Origin: Octopus vulgaris
Lineage: Eukaryota
NCBI GenBank assembly: GCA_951406725.2
Contig: OX597820.1
Span: forward strand, 124,434,001-124,498,000
DNA length: 64,000 nucleotides
Direction of reading: 5' to 3'
In this document: positions 27,530 through 42,281 of the stretch, one piece after another
Numbering within the stretch: position 1 is the first letter of the stretch
How the letters are laid out: every line of letters starts with the position of its first letter
Notes under the pieces: generated by a model
Told to the model about the DNA's origin: nothing
The model's input: only the letters and a program-made list of their open reading frames with translations
Databases searched by the model: none
Made by a program: the position numbers and the translations under genes

Positions 27530-30394
27530 GTTAATTCAAAGAACATTTATCTTCATTTGTGATTATATAATTCGAGGTATTCAATTTGTTTGTCCCTGTC
27601 ATATAATTCCAATGTTATTGGTATATATTAGGAATTGTTAAAAATTTATAATAGCAATTTTGGGGGAAGAAAATAAATGAAGAAATAATGGATGCATACA
27701 TTTCTTTTTAAAACACGACAGTACAAATAAATTGATTATAATTTGTATAGCAGCTCAAACATTTTAAATAAAGGAACCCACATATATGTTTCAATCTTAT
27801 CAGCTAGTTGGCTAGACTTTCCAAGTGTCTGGATAAATGTTAAGGAAGGTATCATCTTCTAATTAAGTTCGATAACAAACTATGGGCAGGTAATAATATA
27901 CCTAAATGCTTTGATGTGGTAATGGCCTCTTCCGATTCAGCTGAGGCCACTGATTTAGTCCATTCGTATATTTCTACACAAATTTAGTAGGGAATTTCCT
28001 GAAATAGGTGGTGGTTTATATAGGGACGACGCACTGGTCATCATTAAAAACCCTTCAAATATAAGCTATAATTAGACAAGAAAAAACTCCAGGAATTCAT
28101 AAAACGTTTTGGATATAAAATTTCTCTTGATGCAGAGCCCAACTCAGTAAGTTTTTTAGGCGTGAATTTTAATCTTATCTCAGGCAAATATGCATCTTCC
28201 CATAAACCCAACTCTAAAATCACCTATATTAACAAAAAAAAGTATTTATATTCAGCTTAATACAAATTGTTTAGGTAATATCATTGAAAGAAGAATACAT
28301 TTTCTCTCATGCAATGAAGATATCATTAATGATAGCAAGGAAATATATAATATTGCACTGGAAAAGGCTAGATTTACACAAAAAATTAGATATATTGTGC
28401 AGGATTTAAATACAGTTAATAATAAACACAAACATGTCTATATATCAAAGCTACAACTTAAGTACTAATAACCTAACGACCGAATCGTTGAATAACGCTA
28501 TAAATATCAATAACACAGTTAATAGATCACGCAATAAATATATATCGAACAGAGGCAAAAGACATAAATATACCGTAACAGAATCCAAAAAGAAATACAC
28601 CTGCAGATCAAAGCCAATTCTTATACTGACAATAATGAAAGAAGCATACACATCATACACCCTAATAATGCTAAACACAAAGTTATGGCAATAATCACAT
28701 GGATATAAATGATATATCAACCTCTGCTGAGGCAGCAAGAGCATATGTCCGCCCATAAATTATTGCAGCTTATTCAACAATACACACAATGTAAAAAAGA
28801 AATAAAAATTGCATACCTTATATTAAATCTAAAATGGAAAACTATCATAATCCAACTTCTAGTAATAATAGAATAAAGAAAAATATATCCTGGTTAATTT
28901 AACCCTTCGCCACACAAGTAAAATCTAATTTGATTACTATAATACACAGGTTGATAAATAAACAGTTTTATATTGATAACAAATATAGGGAATTATTCCA
29001 CAGCAGTTATTTTTCGGTATGCCTTTTCAGTTACTCGTAAATTATTTAGATACATATCATCTCTAAATTCTCCTAAACTACATAAATGTTACGCCAAGCG
29101 TATACCCAATCTACACCCAAAATAAAGAACATTCAAATGCTCCATTCTCACATGACAATCAATGGGAGATTACTCGCCCCAAACAATCTGTCATTTCCAA
29201 AGGCTATATGAGTGATTGTAGAGTTAAAGATCAATGTAAATTTAAGAATTACTGCAAAAGAAAGAATTTAGTATACCAAGCTATAGTTGAAACTGGCGGT
29301 TAACACTTCTTCTATATAGGTTCCTCGAAAAGTTTTATGAAAGCCAGAATCACGAACCATGTATATTCTTTCTGAAATACTAATAAACGTACTTCGACTA
29401 ATGTTAGTAAATCCATCTAGTGAAAAATATAAGGATATATGTTTTAGAATTAGATAGACAATTTTATCTCATGCCAAAACATTTCATCCCCCAGATAAAT
29501 AATGTCAACTCTGTACATCCGAACGTTTTAACATTACTTTTCTTCTTAAAGTTATTAAACGACAGGGTCGAAAATTTCTTCCCATGCTTATACAATTATA
29601 AATATCTATTCTATAAATACAATTAATCATTCTAAAATTACTAATATCACTTAGAGTGTTTGATCTGACATGCACTATTAATAATATACTTAATATGCAA
29701 CCCAATTAATTAGACATCTATTAGGTTCAGAGTTTAAATCTATAAATTTTGTATTTACATATCAAATACGGTATGCATATTAAATAGTTCCATTGTATTT
29801 TAGTATATTCATAAATAACTATTCCATAAATACCATTAACTCTTCTATAATCAGTTATATCACTTATATATTTTTTGATCTAATATTTGCCATTAATAAT
29901 TTACTTAAAATGAGGCCCAATTAGTTAGATACCTGTTAGATCCAGAGTTTATACCAATAAGTTTTATATTTCTTTATCAAACCCGGTGCATATGTCAAAT
30001 AGTTCCATTGTATTTTAGGATCCTATCGACAATAGTTCATAAATATATATATATAGAAAGCAAACTATTGTATATATCATTTTCATTTTTTCTTTCTCAC
30101 TTCCGTTATTTTCGAATTTAACACCCGGTGCACATATCAAATTATTAAATATTCTTATAGTAAATAATCTTTAAATGAGAACGTTGATATATTGCCTCAT
30201 TACATACAAACTCCTTAGAATTATTAATATCAGGCGTAGGAGTGGCTGTGTGGTAAATAGCTTGCTTACGAACGACATGGTTCGGGGTTCAGTCCCACTG
30301 CGTGGCACCTTGAGTAAGTGTCTTCTGCTATAGTCTCGGGCCGACCAAAGCCTTGTGAGTGGATTTGGTAGACGGAAACTGAAAGAAGCCCGTC

Positions 30395-30444
<50 letters not shown>

Positions 30445-31724
30445 ATGTCTGTGTGCCCGTGTTTCTCCCCAACATCGCTTGACAACCGATGTTGGTGTGT
30501 TTACGTCCTGTAACTTAGCGGTTCGGCAAAAGAGACCGATAGTACTCGGCTTACAAAGAATAAGTCCTGAGGTCGATTCGTTCGATTAAAGGCGGTGCTC
30601 CAACATGGCCACAATGAAATGACTGAAACAAGTGAAAGAGTAAAAGAGAGTAAAGAGTATCACTTGTATTTTGTTTTTAATATTTACCATTAATAATTTA
30701 CTAAATTACTAAGCTTGAAACTCTACCAATTAGATACGTATTAGAACCTGAATTTATATCCATCACCTTATCCGCTATTATTTTACTACTTTCCTCACTA
30801 AAGTCAACAAGCGTATAATCTCATTACCGCTTTAGTTATTTTTGTATTGATATATTAAACCCAGTGCACATATGAAATAGTTCCAAAGTATTTCAGTAAC
30901 CTATCAATAATAATTCTTAAGTATAAATATAAAAGGTAAATTATCCTCTATCTAATCTTCTAAATATCATGCACATATCATTTATTATCGTATGTGTCAT
31001 TTTCGCTTTCGTTATTTCTGTTCTTTTTTTACTTTCGGTATTTTGAATCTAAATATCAAAACCGGTGCACATAAATATTAAACATTTTATGGTAAATAAT
31101 CTTTAAACGAGAACGTCGATATATTTACCTCCACATTCCTTACAATTATTAATATCACTTATATTTTGGTTTAATATCTACCATCAATAATTTACTAAAC
31201 TCCATTAATCAAATACTTGTTAGAACCCGAGAAATATATAAATAACACCCACTTGCCTATAATTTTCTCTATATCCGTTATCTTTATTACATTACCACAC
31301 CCTAGTACACAATCGTATAATTCATAAGAGATCCTATCCAATACTATATATTTGTTTTATTATACATATATATATATATATATAACCTAAACATTTTTTA
31401 TTATCCCGCTAATACTCTGTATGCATCCTTCAAAAGAAAAATGATTACCTAAGCACGATGAGCTCCGAATTAACTCTACAGTAGTTCTACAAGCATATAG
31501 TTAGAACATGATATTCTCCTTACCATTTGACCAAACACTTGGAAAATCTGATGAAATAGGTGATAGGACTGAAACATATATATAAGTTCTTTTCTTTAAG
31601 CTTTTGAGCTTTACAACTAATAAACAATTTATTTATACTGTTATGCTTTTTAAAAGAAATTTACATCAGTTTATAACAAACAAAATAATCATTCCTTCAC
31701 CCATTATTTCCCCATCATTATTGC

Positions 31725-31728
<4 letters not shown>
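27530..31728 (+). mobile_element. Decayed Penelope-like element (C-terminal GIY-YIG, Hydra-clade-like RT) with inverted 5' copy of its 3' end
   Basis: RT motifs FDVVMASSDSAEATDLV and GLYRDDAL at 27910-28040, then VSFLGVNFNL. The endonuclease DCRVKDQCKFKNYCKRKNLVYQAIV...FYIGSSKSFMKARITNH lies at 29214-29360. 27660-27865 is the reverse complement of ~31500-31715, and the element is flanked by TA/TACA tracts. Confidence 0.8.
30233..30658 (+). mobile_element. SINE family A nested in the PLE 3' region
   Basis: Full match to family A. It interrupts the subrepeat aattattaatatca|cttgtatttt (compare 31144). Confidence 0.9.
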
Positions 31729-31798
<70 letters not shown>

Positions 31799-31859
31799 AT
31801 ATGTATAAAAATATATATATATTCTGCGATTAATTATATATATATATATTGCCATATAT

Positions 31860-31901
<42 letters not shown>

Positions 31902-31922
31902 CATATATATGTATGTATGTAT

Positions 31923-32366
31923 ATTGATATGACTGTCCCAATCGACATAAATGTATCTGTCAAGACCTTCCACAAAACTGAGCAAGTATAAAGATCCTGT
32001 AACTGTGAAACATCAAGACTAAAACAATACCTGTTGTCATAGATGACTTAGGAATGATAGCATAAGGGGCTGGTTCCTACCTAGCGCATATACCAGGAAA
32101 CCTCAAAATGGTAGAACTTCAAAAGATATTGCTAACGAGAACTGCCCCTATCCTACGTAAAATACTGTCTACCTAATGTGAAATTTTAAAACAAGATCAT
32201 AATGTTCTGGTGTTTTAAACGTTCTCCAGAACAACACTACGTGCAAAACCAAATGTATGATGCCCTAGGCATAACACCAACATGAATTTCCATCTTGTTG
32301 TCACTTGAGGTGTCTGGGTAAGACTTGGAGTCAACTTGTACTAATACAAAGCAAAATTCAAACATA
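31923..32366 (+). mobile_element. 3' fragment of an R4/Dong-like element
   Basis: Homologous to 21278-21765, including the terminus aaagcaaaattcaaacata. It is followed by (CAA)n/(TAA)n. Confidence 0.85.
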
Positions 32367-32430
32367 TAATAGCAGCAGCAACAACAACAGAAACAACAAC
32401 AACAGCAACAACAACAACCACAACAACAGC

Positions 32431-32465
<35 letters not shown>

Positions 32466-32471
32466 CAACAA

Positions 32472-32559
<88 letters not shown>

Positions 32560-32560
<1 letters not shown>

Positions 32561-33135
32561 GCCCTGATGCAGTACATAAATGCCCTGATGCAGTACCAGG
32601 CAGTGGCTTTCATGGCTTCTGATCTTAACTGGTTGGAAGTGTTATCATGTACATTGTTTTGTCTTGGTATAAAAGATGGGCCACAGCAAATATTCTGCTC
32701 AATACCGCAGATTTGCTTGTCAGTTGTTTGACCGTAACCAGTTGAGCATGTCCCTTATTGGCTGACGATATGTGCATCTCTGATCATGAGCAGAAGTAGT
32801 GGGGGAGCATCATAGCCATGTGTTGAGAGGGATTCTTTGGGGTTTGAATAATTCACCTCTGGAAGCATGGGTGGTTCTTTCAACATCCTTAAACAACCCT
32901 TATTCAGGGACCTTTTGAGCGGGATGGGCTACTCAACCTGAAGAAAATTCTAACTGGGCCCCACCTGCAAGGTCATGTGCTGTTCATCTTGATATGAGAT
33001 CACCATGTGGTGCACATATGGTTGTGATGCATGTGCCTGGTGTACCTTTATCAGACGGGTAATCATGATGGGTATATTGGGCTTCGTATATTTTACCCCA
33101 GTGTCACTTTGATGGCATGCACTGCTCTCTCACTC
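32560..33135. mobile_element. About 575 bp non-coding element embedded in (TAA)n
   Basis: Higher-GC unique block bounded on both sides by long TAA runs, with a 21 nt tandem duplication at the left end. Confidence 0.6.
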
Positions 33136-33142
33136 AATAATG

Positions 33143-33213
<71 letters not shown>

Positions 33214-33954
33214 GAGTCAAATTTAAAACAGCTATGCAATGTGAAAGCGAAAAATAAGGAATGATATAAAAAAATGGAAAAATATATATGGTGAGAAATA
33301 TTGGGCGTGCAAGCAAATTTGGGTGTGGTTAGTTTATATTTCGTATTGAAATTATATTGTATTGATTTATCATTTACAATCAAGGATAATTAGATATGTT
33401 TCCTGTTTGTAAACTGGGCTGGTACCGATCTATAATGGTTATAATTAAAACAGTCATGTCGTATTGCTTCAAATAGCTGCGTTTGGGGACATAGACGCAT
33501 AATCATTTAAAATTGTAATGACGTTTGATTTTCTGGCAGATTTTTTTTTAATTTCAGAGGTGTTGATTATATAAGTAGTTATATAATCAGTTACGTGTCT
33601 GTCACTAATGTGCTATGTTAATCTATATTTTCTTCTGATTTTTTGAGTTGTTCTATTTTGTTTATAACATATTTTAGGAATAGCTTTTATCTTAATGTTT
33701 AAATTAAATTATGTGTCGTTAGGTGCGCCTGCAAAAGGGAAGGAGCGTGATTATTAATTGCTAAATCTGTTGCAGTTTTGGTCAATTAACAATTCCTAAG
33801 TGGTTCCGGTTACTGGTCCATCAAAGCAACTATTACTGGATAAAGATTTAATGTACAATTTGATACCTTTTATACAAACATTAATATAGTTTCGCCAAAA
33901 TATAGTGACAGTTATCTGGAATAAATGTAATATGGAATACAAGAGACCTAGGTA

Positions 33955-34168
33955 TCTTTTCTGCTCTAGGCACGAAGCCACAAATTTTGGAGGACGGTCC
34001 CAGTCAGTTAGATCGACTTCAGTACGCAACTGGTACTTAATTTATCGACTCCGAAAGGATGAAAGGCAAAGTCGACCTCGGCGGAATTTGAACTCAGAAC
34101 ATAGACAGACGAAATACCGCTAAACATTTCGCCCGGAAATACGAACCTTTCTGCCAGCTCGCTGCCTT
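33955..34168 (-). mobile_element. SINE family B copy
   Basis: gatgaaaggcaaagtcgacctcggcggaatttgaactcagaac...ctgccagctcgctgcc. Confidence 0.85.
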
Positions 34169-34552
34169 ACGATAGAATTAGGTATGCGAAACCAATAATA
34201 TACACATAAAGGGAAAGAGAAAAACATTTCTGAAAACCGAATTAAAAACCAAAAACAAACACAAGAACCAGGCAAATCAATTGGTGTATAATTACTGGTA
34301 TTTTTACAATCGTACGCTCATCTATACATATCCGACTAATCATTATTCCGGCTGGCCTTTGTTTAGTTTTCTTATATGTTAGTTAGTTAGTTAGTTAATT
34401 TGGCTCAAAAGCAAATAGCAAGGCCATGTAGGGGGACATGGAGTTAAGTACATGGTGGTGTTCATGTAAAGAGTTCAGGCCACTTGAGGTCCAGGGAGGC
34501 TTTATATTTATGGGTATAGTTGTCAGGCATATATGCATATTTGTATACCTAT

Positions 34553-34610
<58 letters not shown>

Positions 34611-34721
34611 TAGAGTAGTGTAGTTATCTGGAAGCAGTGTGTATTGTTTGTAAAATATAATGTATATTGATTGGCACAACAACGCACTATTATAACAACA
34701 ATGGACTTGAGTAACTGATAT

Positions 34722-35946
34722 AATTTAATCATCCATAGTCGTATATAATATTTCGGAAAACAAAAATTCCTTCTTCAGATATCCTAAGGAATTGATTGAG
34801 TCACTGCTATAATAGGTTTTCCAACGGTTGTTTCTGGAAGTTTCTCTGCAGTGGTCTGACGAAGCTACTTCCGGAATTCCTCATTAGGAGTGCGTAAGGG
34901 CGGCTATGCCTCAAGCTCGTGTGTGCTGGGACATCAGTAGCGCTGCTTTTAAGTTATGTATTATACGTGCTGTCTCCTCTTTTGTTACTTTTTTTATAAA
35001 TAATACTTGATCATATTATCAAAAAATGAACTTACACGCATCCAGATGTAGCTAAATAATATATTGACTGACAACCCCCAGCCTGTTGTTAATTTCGGGC
35101 CCTATTCTGTTTATGATGTTAGCTTCCTTACTACCTGGATTACCTAAATTTCTTTCATTGGCTTCAGTTTTGACTGTTACTCTTTTGTCAGTGTTCCGGC
35201 ATCTGTCTAGATGCTTTCTGAAGGAGTAACCACATAGAACTTGCTGTATTTGTTACATTGCATTCTATACACAACAGTTACCCGTTGGTATAAATCTGTG
35301 TCACGGATGGGGCAGCTTGCTAGTGTGCATCGATTGCTGTCCCTTACTCGTTTCTTCTCGAGGTGTTTTCTCAGAGAGGGGCCAGAGTAGGCTAGTTGTA
35401 TGTCTAGTCCTTCTCTTTTTATAGTTCTTCGGATGGCTGTTGTTCTCCTCCCGTTAAAATGGAGGTATTTCAAGGAAGCATGTGTTGCTGTTTTCTGTGT
35501 GTTCGGCGTGTTTGTATTTCCACCGAGTGGAAGTGATGAACTGTACTTAACAGAACAAGACAGAGTAGGGCCAGAAATTAACAACAAGCTCCAGGTTGTC
35601 AGTCAATATGTTATTTCGTTACATCTGGATGCGTGTAAGTTCATTTTTGATAACATGTTCATGTATTAACTATAAAAAAGTAACAAATATGGAAACTGCA
35701 CCTATAATACACAACTTAGAAGCAGCGCTACGGATGTTCCAGCACACAAAAGCTTGAGGCATAGCCACCCTCGCGCAATTCTCATAAGAAATTCGGGAAG
35801 GCACTTCGTGAAAGTACTGCAGGGGCGCTCCTAGCAAACAAACTTTGTAAAACCGATTATAGTAGTGACTCAATCAATTTCTACGAATATATGGAGAAGT
35901 AATTTTTGTTTTCCGAAATATTATATCAGATAATGGATGATTAAAT
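34722..35946 (-). mobile_element. Penelope-like element 3' fragment (GIY-YIG) with inverted terminal duplication
   Basis: Minus-strand CTLASCPI...VVYRMQCNKYSKFYVV and the terminal EANIINRIGPEINNR. 34722-35110 and 35561-35946 are diverged inverted copies. Confidence 0.8.
34743..34782 (-). ncRNA. Minimal type I hammerhead motif
   Basis: Reverse complement: atat-CTGAAGA-A-ggaa tttttgtt ttcc-GAAAT-ATT-atat. Stem III is the loopless palindrome AATATT. The inverted copy (~35887-35926) has a degenerate core. Confidence 0.6.
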
Positions 35947-36024
35947 GACAACAGCTAGTAAAGTGCATTGTTGTGCCATTCAAGACACATTATATCATAC
36001 ACAGACACACACAGACACACACGC

Positions 36025-36097
<73 letters not shown>

Positions 36098-36679
36098 CAT
36101 ACATACATGCGTACATATATATATATAAGCAACAAAGATATCCAAAGTTAGTAAAGTACGATTGTTTCATGCAAGTCCATTTAATTGAGCAATGCAGTCA
36201 TTACATCAATTTAACAAGCACACCAATCCTCAGTTGTACAAAGACATAGAATATAATTAAATTAGAACTGATGGACACATTAATATAATTATACCTAAAA
36301 GCTCCAAGACATTAAGGAGATAGACAACGAAGTAACTTCTATGCTGAAGTGGAAACAACATATTCTTAGTGTATCTCCTTAACCTCTTGGAGATTTTAGG
36401 TATAATTATACTAATATGCCCATCTGTTCTAATTTCTTTGTACAGCTGATGATTGCTCTGCATTTTAAATTCATGTAATGATTGCATTGTTCTATTAAAT
36501 GGAGTTACATGAAACGATCACACTGCATTACCTCTGGTTATCCTTCTTGCTTACTTCGACTTTAATCACCTTATTTGAAATTGTATGTATGATACCGTAC
36601 TAAATTCGGGTGCCTCAACGTAAGTACCATATTCATCTGAATCTCTCTCTATCTCTCTTTCTGTATATATATATATATA

Positions 36680-37015
<336 letters not shown>

Positions 37016-37016
37016 G

Positions 37017-37355
37017 GCGCATGGCTCAGTGGTTAGAGCGTCGAGCTTACGATCGTGAGGTTGTGAGCTCGAATCCCGGACCGGGCTGCGTGTTGTGTTC
37101 TCGAGCAAGGCACTTTATTTCACGTTGCTCCAGTTCACTCAGCTGTAGAGATGAGTTGCGACGTCACTGGTGCCAAGCTGTATCGACCTTTGTCTTTCCC
37201 TTGGATAACACTGGTGGCGTGGAGAGGGGAGGCTGGTATGCATGGGCGACTGCTGGCCTTCCATAAAAACAACCTTGTCCAGACTTGTGTCTAGGAGGGT
37301 AACTTTCTAGGTGCAATCCCATGGTCATTCATGACCGAAGGGGGTCTTTACCCCC
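37017..37355 (+). mobile_element. tRNA-derived SINE (family C), full length
   Basis: A box tggctcagtggttagagc and B box gagctcgaatccc. The 3' half is homologous to 62625-62810. Confidence 0.85.
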
Positions 37356-37401
<46 letters not shown>

Positions 37402-38485
37402 CATATACATGTATACATATACATATATACATATACATACGCATGTGCACACATACACACACCACACACACACGCACATCACACACATGTCCGCATCTTA
37501 CATATATATTTATGTTAAACTTTTACCAGTATTTATACTCCGATTGCTTTACTTAAAAGATTTTTTTTTCTTAAAATTTACTTTTCACAAATAACTTTCT
37601 CTTTCCCTTTCTGTGTATAGCGTTTGTTTCGCATACCGAGGTTCATTGTATTTTACATTACATGCAATCCGTTGTGTATTATATGAAGTTATACTTCAAT
37701 ATTCCAAATCCATAACAGTATTTAGAGAAGCATACCAATTTTCTGGTCGTAGGATTTCAATTATTGTAACGTCGATGGGTATGATTGACTTTGGGTATTT
37801 ATGGCTATAGTAAGAACGTGCTAGCGAAATCGACAAGTAACATTCTCTCTCACCAAATGAGGTGGGGTGGACCGTTTTCGTCTTGGTTGGAAGTAATGCA
37901 ATGTATCACGTAACTGGTATAACCCACGAGAAGATTTAATATTTCTTTCATTTTGGTATTATAAGGATATGAACGCATAATCCCAAAGTCACTTTAGGAA
38001 ATAATGTTAATTCTAGTTGGTAGGAAATGGGGAATACACATATATGGTCCTTTAAAGTGAAATATTAATCTTGAATATTTAAGACAGTTTTGTGTTTAAA
38101 TTGGCGGAAATGATTCTCGCAGAAATATGAACAGTACTTAGATCTGCATGTAACATGTAATACATATTCAAAATTGAATTATAATATTTCACTTCAGGCT
38201 GCGTTTAAAAGGCTTTAATTGAATTCCTGCGTTATATGATTAATTACATAGAAAGAAACAAATGGTTTCCAAATTGTGAAGGAAGAACATTGGGTAGTGT
38301 ACCTAGAATTGGATTGTTTTGATTAGATAAAATATCTCAGTGGAAAATTCACGGTAACTGAATGTACATTAGAAAGATTTTCTGGCTATATTCACAACCA
38401 GCCACATATAGAAATCCGCAGACATAGCTTTATGTTCGGTATGACAATCACAAGCGCGTTTTATTGTTTTATGTGTGTGTGTGTC

Positions 38486-38516
<31 letters not shown>

Positions 38517-38688
38517 AGGTACATGTGCGTTCCTGTGTGTGTGTACACAACACACGTCACTACACTTATCTAATGAGAGTGGGCGGTTATTTAAGCCCAC
38601 ATGCACTTCAGCACACACACACACATACACACACTCACACACGCGCACACACACACACACACACACCCACACACACACACACACACAC

Positions 38689-38729
<41 letters not shown>

Positions 38730-40060
38730 TTACCAGCAACTATCGTCCACCGAGAGTTTTTCTGCTAGCCCCTAGATAATATTCTGACATTTGATTACCA
38801 ATTCTAATAATTTTTATGATATTTTAGGTCTAATTATTTCTTTGTATAATAGTGTTCACTTGCTTAGTCAATATTACTTTCGTTATTGCATCACAATCAT
38901 AACTCTCATTTTTAAACAAACATCACTGTAGTCCAACAACAAAGGGAGAAGCGTTTTGTCAAGTTTTACCTTACCCTCAAAGCAACATAGAGAGTTCAAT
39001 TTACCAGCCCATCTGTAAGTTTTTTTGCAGTGGATGTATATATGAGAGAGGGAGAGAGAGAGAGAACATTACAAACATTGAAAGAAATAAACATGAAATG
39101 AAAAAATTGTACAAATAAAAGGGCTTTAGTACAGATGCATACGCCACCGACTTTGTTGCTTCATAACATCCAGAAAAATGGATACTTTTTAATAAAATTT
39201 TCTACAAATACCGCTTTGATATTATGGTTTCAGAGTATATAGGGAATTATGGGAAAGAATTATTCCGAGGGGGAGGAGAGTAGAGTTTCAGAAAATTCAA
39301 CCGATCGGCCTCTTTTCCCTCATAACTTTCAGGAAAATGGGCATCTTATAATGAAAGTTACCTACTTGGTAACACTATTAAACCGTTAAAGATTTTTACT
39401 ATAAATATCACTTTGGATTATGTCCAAATCCAAAACGTCAGATTTAAAATTGATGGGACTATCGTAATAACATTGGCCTACAGTAACCACTTTGGTGTGT
39501 GAAAACTCCAACCTTCAAATCAGAGATGGCAGCAAGCTTTGAGTAGAGCTGTACTCTTTTCATCAACAAGCCATCAAACAAAACAACAATTAAAGCATAA
39601 ATCAGTTTAAAACATACTTTCTTGATGTTGTCTGTGATTGATGAAGCTTCCAATTTTAAGACATTGGATATCTAAAAACTGAAAGTTTCATTGTAAAAAT
39701 GTTGCAAAGAGTCAGCGAAGCTCATCTGACATTTACCGAAAGCTTGTAGAAATTAAAATCACATATGACAGACTTGCTTCTCAAGTACTGATAAAAGCTG
39801 TTTACCTTTTAACACTTGATAACAAGTTTGCAAAGTCGACGTTGAGAGGGAAATTTACGTGAGTGTCAGGAAACGTGTTTCATAGAAATATATGTTCATA
39901 TTCAGAACATTAGGTTATATAGGAATATAGTTTTAAGAGCAAAAACTAATTTTCCCCCAAGAAACCTCAGAGAAAAAACGCTATTGCTAACCTGATTATG
40001 CGACCGATCATTGATTCAATGAGGATTTATAAAAAAATTCTCAACATTGAGTTTCCTAAA

Positions 40061-40245
40061 GGCCGGAAGCTGGCATAATCTTTAGCATCACTTGGCAAAA
40101 TGCATTTCGTCCGTCTTCACCTTCTGAGTTCAAATCCTACCGATGTCTACTTTGCCTTTCGGGAACGATAAAGAAAGTACCTGTTGATCGCTGGGATCGT
40201 CCATCTTCCGAAATTGTTGGCCTAGTGACAAAATTTGAAACTAAT
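40061..40245 (+). mobile_element. Degenerate SINE family B
   Basis: ggccggaagctggcataatc...ttctgagttcaaatcctaccgatgtctactttgccttt. Confidence 0.65.
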
Positions 40246-41148
40246 ATTGGGATTCTTAGACACTAACACAAAATCATATGTTTATAAGGAATGCTTACAG
40301 AAAAAACCCCATATAAAGAGACATATTATCACGCACATATATATTGACAAATCTCAGGTATTTTGTTAGCTCAAAAAATGCCATTTGGTTCTTTACTAGC
40401 GACCTCCTTAAGTTCTGTGTAGATCTAAGTGTACTTATTTCGGTGAAATACCTAACCACATGTTCTGTCGAACTTTTATTTATTTGAATAAGGGAATGCT
40501 CATCGTCGACAGCGATGTAGTAGTGAGTGTGTATATGCTTATATTTGTTTATGAGGAGACAAATGTGTGCCTCTACACACCATTAATCGTCATTCACACA
40601 AAGCGTAATGCCAATAAGTAGATTTCGTCCCCCACTCCTGTAAAAGCAAAAAGCAATTAAATAATAAACAAACCCAGACTATTTTTATTTTCAGCGTCGA
40701 CCAAGAAAACAAGCCATAAATAAAACATACTCACATAAAATCTTTACACTCCAATAAACACAATTGTATTTGACTTATAAGGCCACAATTTCAAAAATAT
40801 TAACGACAGAAAATTCTTTTTTCTACAACATTCAATGAACTGAATCCTACTCTTTCTCCATTCCTCTCCCTTCTGCTCCTCCAGTACTCTTACTCAACTT
40901 ATTCTCTGCCAGTCATCTTTCTCGTGATCATCACATTCATCATATCCTACCTATTGTATTTCTGTCTCTTTGCCTTCTTTTTCAATTTACTCCTCATTAT
41001 CATTATGTTTTGTTATTATTTCTTGTTGCCTAAGTGTCGCACTTTCTTCCACTCTACTACAACTTACTCTTTCATTCCTGGCTATTCTCGTTACCTCCTG
41101 TAATTCCCCTTTACGTATACTTCTTTCCAATCAAATTTACTTGTACAA

Positions 41149-41783
41149 CTAGCTTAATGTGACCCGCTCTACGCGCGGGTGATGGTGTGGTTGTTACTTT
41201 CTGTTGTTTTCTTTCTGTTTCTTATCGCCACTTTCTCCCTCTTTGTTTCTCTCTCCATTCTTTCTCGCTTTCCCACTCTCTTACTCTTTCTTTCTCTCGG
41301 ACACTTCCTCGCTCTCTCTTACTCTCTATATTTCTCTATCTATCTATCTCCCATTTATAAGAAGTTGAGAAAGGAATTTTTTGAAAGATCAATCATAAAT
41401 ATAAGGCAGTGACAACGGAAAGCACACTTGTTTTTTGTACGTGCCACTATTTGATTGCTTTGTTAAATTTAGTACTTTTTTGGGGAATTTTACGACGGCT
41501 GAACATGCAAATGAAAGCTCTAATCACGGGCTACATGCAGCTGTAAATTTCTTTCAGAAAAAATGAAAACTGTCAACAACAAAATATAAAAGGCAACGAT
41601 ACGTAAAAATTAGAAATATTTTCAACTTCAAAAATCTTGTCTGAATTTTCAAAATTTCGAATCCATTTTCCGCGCTTAAATTACAAATCCCCTTCCACTT
41701 TACCATGTTGAAAATTTGATTGAAATCGGGCAAAATGTATCCAATTTAGTCCCCTAAGTGTCCCCCAAAAATCAAAATATTCC

Positions 41784-41790
<7 letters not shown>
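41149..41790 (-). mobile_element. Non-autonomous Helitron-like element (3' end at left)
   Basis: The reverse complement ends acccgcgcgtagagcgggtcacattaagCTAG-t, a GC hairpin followed by CTAG. The right boundary is uncertain. Confidence 0.55.
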
Positions 41791-41824
<34 letters not shown>

Positions 41825-41926
41825 TCGGGGTGAGTACTTGATAATTGTAAGCACCTGTATATACCGTTTGGTGGTGTAGGTGGAGGAGTAAATTGATCAA
41901 AATAAAAGCATGATGCCAAGGATTCA

Positions 41927-42004
41927 GCGGTACATATGTTTCGGGCCTTTATTAGACAGATTTATAACAATGCATAATGTATGTCTGTGGCCTTCTTCAG
42001 CCGC
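41927..42004 (-). ncRNA. Type I hammerhead motif
   Basis: Reverse complement: gcgg-CTGAAGA-a-ggcc acaga...tctgt...ggcc c-GAAAC-ATAT-GTA-ccgc. Stem III is the palindrome ACATATGT, and the triplet is GUA. Confidence 0.75.
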
Positions 42005-42281
42005 GCACAACAACTTCCACAAGGACATGTGTTACATCAAAAATTCTTGGTTGGGGATGCAAATCCTCTCATTCGAGTACGACATAATGCGGCAGTAGCA
42101 TAGAATTGAAGCGTCCATCTCGTTCTTCTCTCAATGCAGAATGATTTTACATTGAGAGAAGAACGAGATGGACGCTTCAATTCTATGCTGCTGCCGCATT
42201 ATGTCGTACGCGAATGAGAGGATTTGCATCCCCAACCAAGAATTTTTGATGTAACACATGTCCATGTGGAAGTTGTTGTGC

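Noticed and set aside
37017-37090. tRNA gene
   Set aside because: The A/B boxes continue into a SINE body found elsewhere in the window. It is a SINE head, not a tRNA gene.
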